A stretch of 64,000 bases of DNA from Mollicutes bacterium (GTDB taxonomy: Bacteria > Bacillota_I > Bacilli_A > Izemoplasmatales > Izemoplasmataceae): assembly GCA_003554735.1 (NCBI GenBank), contig PWHE01000103.1:3262-67261 (forward strand), written 5' to 3'. Both the position numbers and the translations under genes were made by a program. Below the pieces are notes generated by a model that saw only the letters and a list, made by a program, of their open reading frames with translations, did not search any database and had not been told where the DNA came from. Shown piece by piece: positions 34,881 through 43,053 of this stretch. Every line of letters begins with the position of its first letter. Within the stretch, counting starts at the first letter, position 1.

Positions 34881-36041
34881 ATGTCCCATCTTCTCAACGT
34901 TTACGCCACACTGGACCTTGATCTGTCCCATGGGGAAGGCAATACCCTATATACCAAAGACGGACATGCCTATCTCGATACTTTCAGCGGTATAGCGGTC
35001 AATACGCTCGGGCACCGTCATCCGGCCTTGGACAAGGCACTCATAGATCACAGTGGACGGTTCTTGCATGTCTCGAACTTCTTTCGTACGGATGCGCAAG
35101 AAACCCTTGCGAAAAAATTGTGTGACCTTTCGTTCGCCGAGAAAGTCTTCTTTGCGAACTCGGGCACGGAGGCCAACGAAGCGGCGCTGAAACTGGTCCG
35201 CAAATGGGGCCGCTCCATCGATGAAAAAAAGACCCGCATTCTCTCGGTGGAATCAGCCTTCCACGGAAGAAGCAGCGGCGGCATGGCATTGACCGGGAAC
35301 CCTGAAAAACGCAAGGCCTTTGAACCGACGCTGCCGGGCATCGACCACGTTCCTTTCAACGACACGGACGCTCTTGAGGAAATGTTTGACGGTTCGGTCT
35401 GCGCGATCTTCCTGGAACTGATTTACGGCTCCTCGGGGATTTATACACTGAGCGAGGCGTTCTTGAAAAAAGTCGACGAACTCTCAAAACGTCACAATGC
35501 GCTCGTCGTCATTGATGAAGTGCAGACGGGCCTGCGCCGGACCGGTCCCTTTTTCGCTTATGAGAAAAAACCGGTCGAACCGGATCTGGTGACGCTTGCG
35601 AAAGGATTGGGCGGCGGGCTTCCATTGGGTGCGATGCTCGTCAGTCCGCGTCTTACGCATGTTCTCGGTCCCGGTGACCACGGCACGACCTTCGGGGGCA
35701 ACCCCTTGGCATGTGCCCTGGGTGTGGCGGTTCTTGATGCCATTAATGAAGAAGGGTTTGTAGGGAACCTGAATGAGGCGATGGCCTATTTGAACAATGC
35801 AATCCATGACTTGGGTGAACGCTATCCCGATATCATCCGTGAAATCCGCGGTGAAGGATTCATGCTCGGCATCGACGTCGGCGCGCATGCGAAAGCCATG
35901 CAGGAGCATGCGCAAACACAAGGCGTGTTGCTTAATGTGACGGCGGGAAGCGTGATTCGCCTCCTTCCTTCCCTTACGTTCTCGACCCGGGAAATCGATG
36001 CCTTAAGGGATGCTTTGGAAAAAACCTTTTTAATGATTTAA
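34881..36041 (+). CDS. class-III (ArgD-type) aminotransferase, probable N-acetyl-LL-diaminopimelate aminotransferase
   Basis: FANSGTEANEAALKL, DEVQTGLRRTG and LAKGLGGG (PLP Lys) motifs. It is the last gene of the lys operon. Confidence 0.85.
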   Translation: MSHLLNVYATLDLDLSHGEGNTLYTKDGHAYLDTFSGIAVNTLGHRHPALDKALIDHSGRFLHVSNFFRTDAQETLAKKLCDLSFAEKVFFANSGTEANEAALKLVRKWGRSIDEKKTRILSVESAFHGRSSGGMALTGNPEKRKAFEPTLPGIDHVPFNDTDALEEMFDGSVCAIFLELIYGSSGIYTLSEAFLKKVDELSKRHNALVVIDEVQTGLRRTGPFFAYEKKPVEPDLVTLAKGLGGGLPLGAMLVSPRLTHVLGPGDHGTTFGGNPLACALGVAVLDAINEEGFVGNLNEAMAYLNNAIHDLGERYPDIIREIRGEGFMLGIDVGAHAKAMQEHAQTQGVLLNVTAGSVIRLLPSLTFSTREIDALRDALEKTFLMI

Positions 36042-36119
36042 TCACTTGAAAAACCTCGGTCTATCGAGTAAAATCAAAGGGATACTTTGATATTCAAAGA
36101 ATAGATGCGAGGTTTTTTT

Positions 36120-37280
36120 ATGACTGCGAAGCGAAAAATGATGATCATCCTGAGTTTCATCCTGATGGTGTTGATGGGAACCCTTTATTCATGGAGTCTT
36201 TTCCGAGTGGAAGTGGAGACGCGATTCGATCTCACGGCCGTCGGAGGCGGTGTGCCTTACATGGTGTCACTGTTTTTTTATGCCATCAGCATGATGATCA
36301 CCGGCCGCGTGCTTAATAACCGTAATACGGTCAGAATTACTGTCATGGGCCTCATCCTGATCGCGATCGGTTGGCTTGGTGCCTCGCGCATGCAAGGGCT
36401 TTTCTCATTCACGCTTTTTTATGGCGTATTCAATGGGTTTGGCGTGGGCATGGTATATGGTGTCCCACTTTACATTTTACAACGTGAAATTCCTTCAAGG
36501 AGCGGGTTTTACGGCGGCATCATCCTGAGCGGTTTTGGGGCTTCGCCTTTTTTCGGGGCCCCGCTCGTATCGTTTCTTCGTTCGCTTGGCGGGCTTGAAA
36601 CCACTTTTCTCGTCTTCGCATTCATTGTCGCGCTCATGATCGCGCCTGCTGCTTTGCTTTTTAGGACGGACAAGTTCAAAAGCGAATCGCAGCCGATCAG
36701 TGTGCTCCCCGACAGAACCTTTTTCATTGTGCTTTATGTGCTGTTCCTGATTGCGACGCTTGTAGGGCTTATGATGATCGGTCTGAGTTACCGGATGGGA
36801 ACAATAAATTATGGCTTCCAACCGGCGGCCGTTACGGCCCTGATGAGCCTTTTCGCCCTTTGCAATGGCGCGGCACGTCCGCTTTTCGGGCTTCTTATGG
36901 ATAAAAAAGGGCTTTTCTTTGCCGCAACCCTTTCGCTTTCATCCATCGCGTTGGCTGCGTTTATCGCCCTTGTGAATCGTGGAGAATCCCTGAGTCTTTA
37001 CGGTCTTTCATTTTCCATATTCTGGTTGAATCTCGGCGCCTGGTTGGCCATGATGCCGCAAGCGATTCGGCATTATTTCGGAACGGAGTCCTACGCACGG
37101 ACGTTCGGCATGCTGTTCACAGCTTATGGTTTCGGTGCCATCGGTGGAACGATTTTAAGCGGCTATATCCTCGAAATTTTCCCTACGACCGCCAACATCT
37201 ATGCCTTGACTGTGCTGGTGGTGTTGATTGCGTTCGTTTTCCTCGCAGTCGCCAAGAAACTCAGTCGGAGAATATTTTGA
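36120..37280 (+). CDS. MFS transporter (oxalate/formate antiporter-like)
   Basis: 12 predicted TM segments with MFS layout. ATG 36120 follows GCGAGG. Confidence 0.75.
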   Translation: MTAKRKMMIILSFILMVLMGTLYSWSLFRVEVETRFDLTAVGGGVPYMVSLFFYAISMMITGRVLNNRNTVRITVMGLILIAIGWLGASRMQGLFSFTLFYGVFNGFGVGMVYGVPLYILQREIPSRSGFYGGIILSGFGASPFFGAPLVSFLRSLGGLETTFLVFAFIVALMIAPAALLFRTDKFKSESQPISVLPDRTFFIVLYVLFLIATLVGLMMIGLSYRMGTINYGFQPAAVTALMSLFALCNGAARPLFGLLMDKKGLFFAATLSLSSIALAAFIALVNRGESLSLYGLSFSIFWLNLGAWLAMMPQAIRHYFGTESYARTFGMLFTAYGFGAIGGTILSGYILEIFPTTANIYALTVLVVLIAFVFLAVAKKLSRRIF

Positions 37281-37291
37281 CCAATGCATTG

Positions 37292-37320
37292 AAAAGCCGC
37301 TTTATTTCAAGCGGCTTTTT
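37292..37320. terminator. bidirectional terminator
   Basis: AAAAGCCGC pairs with GCGGCTTTT. It lies between convergent genes. Confidence 0.8.
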
Positions 37321-38690
37321 TATTGCATGAACCTTAGCGGGTAGGCGAACAATCGCAAGACGGGCAAGAAAACGCGACGATGTAGCGGCATGTCGGTCGG
37401 CTCCGCATCCCCGACCAACGCTCCTTCCGGCGTGACCATCAAGGAATCTTGAAGCAAGGGTTCAAGTGCGTCATCAAATAATGCGGCAAATGACGGATCG
37501 TAAATGACCACAAGGCTCTCCGAATTATAAAATGTGGAACGGGGGTTGACGTTATAAGAACCGATGACGGTGATGGTTTCACCGAATCGCATGGCTTTTC
37601 CGTGGAGATCCGTGTCCGTCTGATGTTCATGCAACGTCGCCTGTTCGGATAACGAACCGCGGTAGTTCAGGTATCCGGCCGTACCCCATGGATTCGGACT
37701 GGAGGCCGGGGTATTGGTAAGCAGTGTGACGGATCGGTTCTCTGTCTTTGGAATAATATCGACCATCTCGCGAGTGAAGCCGAAAGCGGGTGTCTGGATA
37801 AACCACTCATCATAGTTTTCCGCAAGCGTGCTTAACGTTTTTAGGATCACCGGACTTTTCTTACCATGTGTTAGCGGCGAATGAACAAAGGTCACATTGT
37901 CCACAGGAATCATGTTCTCACTAAAGGTTTCGAATGTTGAGTGTGGATCATGGTTTTCTACGAAAGACTCGTTGAGCGTCTTGAGTGTATCGATGCGGTC
38001 GGGGTCGGATGATGTTCCGATGTCTTTGCTTGCGTCCAAGGCGAACATTTCATCGAAATAGTTTACCATGTCCTTAATGGACGAGGCATTCTCACCTTGC
38101 AAAAACACTTCCCAGTCATAGACTTCGTTCCAGAAGATCTGATCCCCCATAAAATAGCGGTCATCGATGTTTCGGCCGCCGATAATCGCCTCGCGTTCAT
38201 CGACAATGAGAAGCTTGTCATGGATGCCGTTTTGCAAGGTGGTCGGTCGAAACGGATGGAAAGGTTCGAAGTTTCTGATCGTGATGTTTTCATGGTGATT
38301 GAGGACTCTGAAGTCTCGGGCGGAAAAATTGGCGTAGCCTCGTAAGCTATTGAACACAAGCTCCACCTGAACACCACGTTCCGCCGCTTCATAAAGCGCT
38401 CCAAAAAGAACATCCCTGCTTTCGCCCTCATGTGCATAAAGCGAACTCATCCGAATGGAATGTTCAGCATTCGCAATCAGGGCGATGCGTATCATGAACG
38501 CCTCGGAATTATCGCCTAGAAGGACCGCCTGAACCCCTTCTTCAGACACTGTCCGCATGCGCTCTGTGTCAAACGTCAGCTCGCTTTCAGTGAATGGGCC
38601 CGGGAGGGCGAACACGAGGACGCCGAAAACGAACACATAAAGACCATAGAGTATCATACCGATCATTGTACCTTTGAAAATGCGTCGCAT
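37320..38690 (-). CDS. phospholipase D / cardiolipin-synthase-like protein (two HKD-type motifs), membrane anchored
   Basis: N-terminal TM helix. HDKLLIVDEREAIIGGRNIDDRY and LHGKAMRFGETITVIGSYNVNPRS. Confidence 0.8.
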   Translation of the reverse strand: MRRIFKGTMIGMILYGLYVFVFGVLVFALPGPFTESELTFDTERMRTVSEEGVQAVLLGDNSEAFMIRIALIANAEHSIRMSSLYAHEGESRDVLFGALYEAAERGVQVELVFNSLRGYANFSARDFRVLNHHENITIRNFEPFHPFRPTTLQNGIHDKLLIVDEREAIIGGRNIDDRYFMGDQIFWNEVYDWEVFLQGENASSIKDMVNYFDEMFALDASKDIGTSSDPDRIDTLKTLNESFVENHDPHSTFETFSENMIPVDNVTFVHSPLTHGKKSPVILKTLSTLAENYDEWFIQTPAFGFTREMVDIIPKTENRSVTLLTNTPASSPNPWGTAGYLNYRGSLSEQATLHEHQTDTDLHGKAMRFGETITVIGSYNVNPRSTFYNSESLVVIYDPSFAALFDDALEPLLQDSLMVTPEGALVGDAEPTDMPLHRRVFLPVLRLFAYPLRFMQ

Positions 38691-38806
38691 ACGGATTCCA
38701 CCTTTCGATTTTTATTATACATCAAACACCTTGTGATGCCCATCCCCTTTCAATTGAATGGAAAAAATGCTATAGTTTTTCTATAACGGTATTAAGGAGT
38801 GACCCC

Positions 38807-39655
38807 ATGCAAACAACCAGACAAGATATCGAAAACACCCTTCGCGAAATCGTGGACAGGATGCCTGAGGGCACCCTCTACGAGGCTGCGAAGTATGCGC
38901 TTTTAAGCGGCGGAAAAAGATTAAGGCCATTGCTTTTTTGTGCTGTTTTGGAAAGTTACCGCATTGATCCGAAACCCTATCTTGAAATCGCAAGCAGCGT
39001 GGAGATGATCCACAACTACTCACTCATACATGACGATTTGCCCGCTATGGATGATGACGATCTGCGCCGCGGCCGTCCTACGGTGCATCGACAATTCGAC
39101 GAGGCCACGGCCATTCTTACCGGGGACGCCTTGCTTACGGACGCTTTCAAGGTGCTTGCCTCACAAACCCATATCAAGCCGGTCCGTCTCAGCAGACTGA
39201 TTGATATCCTCGCTACCCATAGCGGTTCGCACGGTATCGTGCATGGTCAGAGTCTGGACTTGGCCAAAGACGGACAGCCACCGTCCATCGAGCGACTTCG
39301 GACCATCCACATACACAAGACTGCAAGACTGTTGCAGGCGCCTTTGATGATGGCAGCCACGCTTGTAAATGATAAAGACATCAAGACCTGGCAGTCAGTC
39401 GGTGAATCACTCGGCCTCGCCTTTCAAATCCAGGACGACCTTTTGGAAATCACCGGGGCCGAGGAAACCACGGGCAAAAGCATGAGTGATGAGAGAAATA
39501 AAAAGACTACTTACGCCACCCTACTTGGCATCAAGAAAAGCAAGGCACTCATCGATGAAGAATTTGCCCAAGTCGACCGCCTGCTTGAAGGCCTTGCGAT
39601 CGATAAGGCCCCGTTTGACAGCCTGCTAAAGAAAATCAAGAATCGACACTATTGA
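38807..39655 (+). CDS. ispA: (2E,6E)-farnesyl diphosphate synthase / polyprenyl synthetase
   Basis: FARM LIHDDLPAMDDDDLRRGRPT and SARM FQIQDDLLE. Confidence 0.9.
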   Translation: MQTTRQDIENTLREIVDRMPEGTLYEAAKYALLSGGKRLRPLLFCAVLESYRIDPKPYLEIASSVEMIHNYSLIHDDLPAMDDDDLRRGRPTVHRQFDEATAILTGDALLTDAFKVLASQTHIKPVRLSRLIDILATHSGSHGIVHGQSLDLAKDGQPPSIERLRTIHIHKTARLLQAPLMMAATLVNDKDIKTWQSVGESLGLAFQIQDDLLEITGAEETTGKSMSDERNKKTTYATLLGIKKSKALIDEEFAQVDRLLEGLAIDKAPFDSLLKKIKNRHY

Positions 39656-39784
39656 TTTTACGAGTGTCTGCAATTGAATTTTTCACGATTTGAACGTATA
39701 ATGAAAGTAGAAAGACTGGCGGTTTGAACAATGCTTACCATTCGCTTTTCCGCTTGAAAACAAACTGCACTAAGGAGTGTAACT

Positions 39785-40192
39785 ATGGAACCGAATCGCT
39801 CAACATCGCCACTGAACATTTTAGGACCGTTATTTTTACTGATCATAGGCATCGCGTTTCTTGCCAATCATGCCGTTGAAATCGGAATAGAAACTTTCTT
39901 GGACCGTTACTGGTGGGTGCTCTTTCTTATGGGCATCGCCCTCGTAGTCGTGCTTGGCATGGGCATTGTCGTGCTCAGCAAGCGTGCCAAAGGAACCGAG
40001 GACATCACTCAGCAAAAGACCCACAAGGTCAAACAACAAGCCACACTGGATGACGATGACCCCATCAGCAAAGACGGCCGTTTCGATAAGAAGGACCCCT
40101 TCGCCCAAGCATCGGATGTCGATGAGGATGACCCTTTCGCCAAAGAAGACAAAATCGAAGATGATGACCCATTCGCAAAATACGACAAGTAG
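39785..40192 (+). CDS. two-TM protein with an acidic repeat tail (DDDPxxK x3-4)
   Basis: Two hydrophobic helices, then DDDDPISKDGRFDKKDPFAQASDVDEDDPFAKEDKIEDDDPFAKYDK. Confidence 0.6.
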   Translation: MEPNRSTSPLNILGPLFLLIIGIAFLANHAVEIGIETFLDRYWWVLFLMGIALVVVLGMGIVVLSKRAKGTEDITQQKTHKVKQQATLDDDDPISKDGRFDKKDPFAQASDVDEDDPFAKEDKIEDDDPFAKYDK

Positions 40193-40197
40193 ATAAG

Positions 40198-40219
40198 GGG
40201 CCCTTTCCGGGCCCTTTTG
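40198..40219 (+). terminator. intrinsic terminator
   Basis: GGGCCC (40198-40203) pairs with GGGCCC (40209-40214), then TTTT. Confidence 0.65.
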
Positions 40220-40261
40220 TAACGGGCACCATATGCATGGCATGCAAAAGGAGATGAAGCA

Positions 40262-40921
40262 ATGGACCATTACACATATCGCCCTTTCCGAAAACGTGAC
40301 CTTCCGGCCTTGATCAAGCTCTGCGAAACCGCCTGGGACTACCGCGATTATACGTCCGATGAAAAAACACGGATGTCTCTTGTGAAACTCGATGCGGTCG
40401 CATCGCTAGCGGGAGCCGATTACATCCGCGTCGCCTCACGTGGCAATCGCCTCGTCGGTGTCCTGATCGGTTCAAGCCGTAGTCCCGTCTCAGGCTTCAG
40501 GAATGTCACCTATCTCATCAGGACATGGTTGCTTGTCTTGAAATTGCTGCTCTTTGGAGACGATGCTTCCAATGCGCTGCAAAATTTCAAGAATATGGAA
40601 AAAGTGTACAAGGACCTGCTCGGAAATCGCAAGAAAGCCTTTGACAGTGAAGTCGTCCTTTTTATCGTGGACCCCAAAACGCAAGGTGGTGGGGTGGGAA
40701 AACGTCTCATGAACGATTACCTGAAACACTGCAAAAAACACGACATGAAAAAAATTTTTCTTTACACCGATACGTCTTGCAATTACGGTTTCTATGATTA
40801 CAACGGGTTCAAACAGGAAGCCTCTGAAGACATGTCGCTCACACTCAATGAAGGCGAACAGTCCATGCGCGTCTTTCTTTACTCCAAAACCAACCAGCCG
40901 GTGCAAGAAAAAGGCGCATAA
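40262..40921 (+). CDS. GNAT family N-acetyltransferase
   Basis: FIVDPKTQGGGVGKRLMNDYLKHC acetyl-CoA motif. Confidence 0.75.
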   Translation: MDHYTYRPFRKRDLPALIKLCETAWDYRDYTSDEKTRMSLVKLDAVASLAGADYIRVASRGNRLVGVLIGSSRSPVSGFRNVTYLIRTWLLVLKLLLFGDDASNALQNFKNMEKVYKDLLGNRKKAFDSEVVLFIVDPKTQGGGVGKRLMNDYLKHCKKHDMKKIFLYTDTSCNYGFYDYNGFKQEASEDMSLTLNEGEQSMRVFLYSKTNQPVQEKGA

Positions 40922-41071
40922 TTGAAACTTGCCTTCCAGGCGGGCCCATTGTTTTATTTATCAACGTACAACAGATAAAATATAATTGAGACGCAACCAT
41001 CTTATGCATTGTGACAGCATGGTGATTGTGATATAATTTACTGTTATCCAAAAAATGAAAAGGTGATACTG

Positions 41072-42256
41072 ATGAAAAAATTACTTGCATTATTTACCGT
41101 TTTTACGCTTGTATTCACCCTTGCCGCTTGTGGTGAGGATGATGTACGCTTGCCGAATCTGGTCGGTCTGACCCGTTCTGAAGTCGAAGAGCGTCTTGAC
41201 GAACTCGGTCTTGATTTCCACATTTTCCATGATGAAGAGACCATTCGTGACAAACCGGAAATGTTTTTGCGCTACATGAACCATAACATCGGACAGGAAG
41301 TGCCTGTGGGCACACGTGTCCAAGTGGTTCTAAGCAGCAAACTCGAAGAGCCGGACCGACAAGAACCACGCGAACCGGTCCCTGAATACGCCATTGAACC
41401 CGATGAAGAATTTGAGGGCTATGAGGACGTTTCGCTCTACCTTGATACGCATCGCGAATTTCCAAGCAACTATATCGATTATGATGAAGCCCAATCGCTC
41501 GGTTACGAACGAGGCGACGGTACATTGGCCGATTATACGGATTCATTGATTTACGGCATCCCGTTCGACGCCTCTGAGCATGACGAAATCCCTCATGACG
41601 ATTTTGACTTCTACAAGGCTTATGTTGACTACGACGGTGGGGTCCACTCGGATAACTACCTTGTATACTCATCGGATTTCGCGCTTGTCTTCCACACCGA
41701 TGACGGGTTTGACACCATCACACAACGTTTCGGAACCGCGGAATATCCTCCGATGGGGCTCGTAGAGACCAAGTATTACACCGACCGTGACACGGTGGCG
41801 CTTTATTTCCGTACCTTCGGCAAACTGCCGCCGAACTACATCATCCGTTATGACGAGGATAATCCGACACATGTCGAAGACAATTCCGCCGACCGTGCAT
41901 GGGATCTCTACCGTGAATTCTATGGCGAACCCGATCCGGAGTTTTATGACGATCACAACTTTGTCCGCACGCTTTCAAACAACCGCGAACACTACGCAGA
42001 CTATGAGAACGAACATGGACAAAGTCTCGGTGAACATTTCTATAACGGGTATTGGTGGTTCCACGGAGGCAGGAATATGCCGGGTCGTACCGATTTCTTC
42101 ATTGCGGATACCGGCGTCATTGTGGGTGACTCGCGAGGGTCAAGACGCTTTGTGTTCTCACCGGAGAAACGCATGATCTACTTTACCGCCGATCACTTTG
42201 AAACCTACACGCTGCTTTATGGAAACGCCGATGACGACCCCGAACTTTACGAATAA
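41072..42256 (+). CDS. lipoprotein: PASTA domain plus two barnase-like (microbial RNase N1/T1 superfamily) modules
   Basis: Lipobox TLAAC. PASTA-like VRLPNLVGLTRSEVEERLDELGLDF. Module A (VSLYLDTHREFPSNYIDYDEAQSLGY...YLVYSSDFALVFHTDDGFDTIT) and module B (VALYFRTFGKLPPNYI...GRNMPGRTDFFIAD...SRGSRRFVFSPEKRMIYFTADHFETYT) align by eye to barnase (VADYLQTYHKLPDNYITKSEAQALGW...ILYSSDWLIYKTTDHYQTFT). Confidence 0.65.
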   Translation: MKKLLALFTVFTLVFTLAACGEDDVRLPNLVGLTRSEVEERLDELGLDFHIFHDEETIRDKPEMFLRYMNHNIGQEVPVGTRVQVVLSSKLEEPDRQEPREPVPEYAIEPDEEFEGYEDVSLYLDTHREFPSNYIDYDEAQSLGYERGDGTLADYTDSLIYGIPFDASEHDEIPHDDFDFYKAYVDYDGGVHSDNYLVYSSDFALVFHTDDGFDTITQRFGTAEYPPMGLVETKYYTDRDTVALYFRTFGKLPPNYIIRYDEDNPTHVEDNSADRAWDLYREFYGEPDPEFYDDHNFVRTLSNNREHYADYENEHGQSLGEHFYNGYWWFHGGRNMPGRTDFFIADTGVIVGDSRGSRRFVFSPEKRMIYFTADHFETYTLLYGNADDDPELYE

Positions 42257-42270
42257 ACCATAAGCACATT

Positions 42271-42313
42271 AAAAAACTGCGCACGTCAATTCCTTCTTGA
42301 CGGCGCAGTTTTT
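42271..42313. terminator. bidirectional terminator
   Basis: ACTGCGC(A)CGTCAA pairs with TTGACGGCGCAGT, flanked by an A-run and a T-run. Confidence 0.8.
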
Positions 42314-42848
42314 ATTTGTGGTAAGCGTTCTTGTAAAGCACATACTTCATGTCATCAAAGGTCTGATTCAGGGACTCGGAATAATACGTTCCATCCGTTA
42401 CAAAAGAGAACCCCATCTTTTCGATCACCCGGCGTGAGCGGTCGTTGCCCTTGAAATGTGAAATGGTCAGACGGTCCAAGTTCATGGCTGTGAAGCACAT
42501 ATCGATGACGGCTTTGACCGCTTCACTCATCAAGCCTTGGCCCCAGTAGTTCTTTGCGAGGACATAACCGATCTCGCGTTGGTTGTAGTTCGCATCCTCA
42601 TCATCGAAGGATTTGTGGTGGATGCCGACGGTTCCGATGACTTTGCCGGAATCCTTGAGTGTGACGGCGTAGGTTTCATCTTTTTTGATGAATATCTCGA
42701 GTATGGTCCGGCTTTCCTCGCGGGATTTGTGGTGCGGCCATCCCGCAGCTTCACCCACGCCGGGGACTTTGGCGTATTCGTAAAAATCATCCAGATCGTC
42801 CATGGTGAACGGGCGAAGCAGAAGTCGCGATGTTTGAATCGGTTTCAT
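42312..42848 (-). CDS. GNAT family N-acetyltransferase (RimJ/RimL-like)
   Basis: RLLLRPFTMDDLDDFYEY..., YWGQGLMSEAVKAVI..., NDRSRRVIEKMGF. Confidence 0.85.
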   Translation of the reverse strand: MKPIQTSRLLLRPFTMDDLDDFYEYAKVPGVGEAAGWPHHKSREESRTILEIFIKKDETYAVTLKDSGKVIGTVGIHHKSFDDEDANYNQREIGYVLAKNYWGQGLMSEAVKAVIDMCFTAMNLDRLTISHFKGNDRSRRVIEKMGFSFVTDGTYYSESLNQTFDDMKYVLYKNAYHK

Positions 42849-42940
42849 GGTTTCACCTGCTTTCTATTCACTATGGTATACGATAAAGAGGAAAAAGCCA
42901 ACATAAAGTAAAATATTCGATCGAAAAAACGTGTTGAAAG

Positions 42941-43010
42941 AAAAAAACCCCGATAGACAGGGAATCCATACTCACGGGAGAACCCGCTTTCTTTCATCTG
43001 TTTATCGGGG
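42941..43010 (-). terminator. long-hairpin terminator of the CBM lipoprotein gene
   Basis: On the minus strand, CCCCGATAAACAG ... CTGTCTATCGGGG is followed by TTTTTTT. Confidence 0.6.
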
Positions 43011-43053
43011 AATGATTGAATCGTTTGATGGTGGAATCAGAAATCCAATCGGA

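Noticed and set aside
34245-34931. 228-aa and 143-aa minus-strand ORFs over dapH.
   Set aside because: They are antisense to a hexapeptide-repeat gene, a class that commonly generates long shadow ORFs. The translation is Ala/Pro/Ser/Thr/Met-rich (mainly Ala/Ser/Thr) without signals.
40921-42311. Barstar-like immunity gene next to the barnase-like lipoprotein.
   Set aside because: No ORF of about 90 aa with barstar character is present on either side. The neighbours are GNAT acetyltransferases. The absence is reported in the finding, not as a feature.
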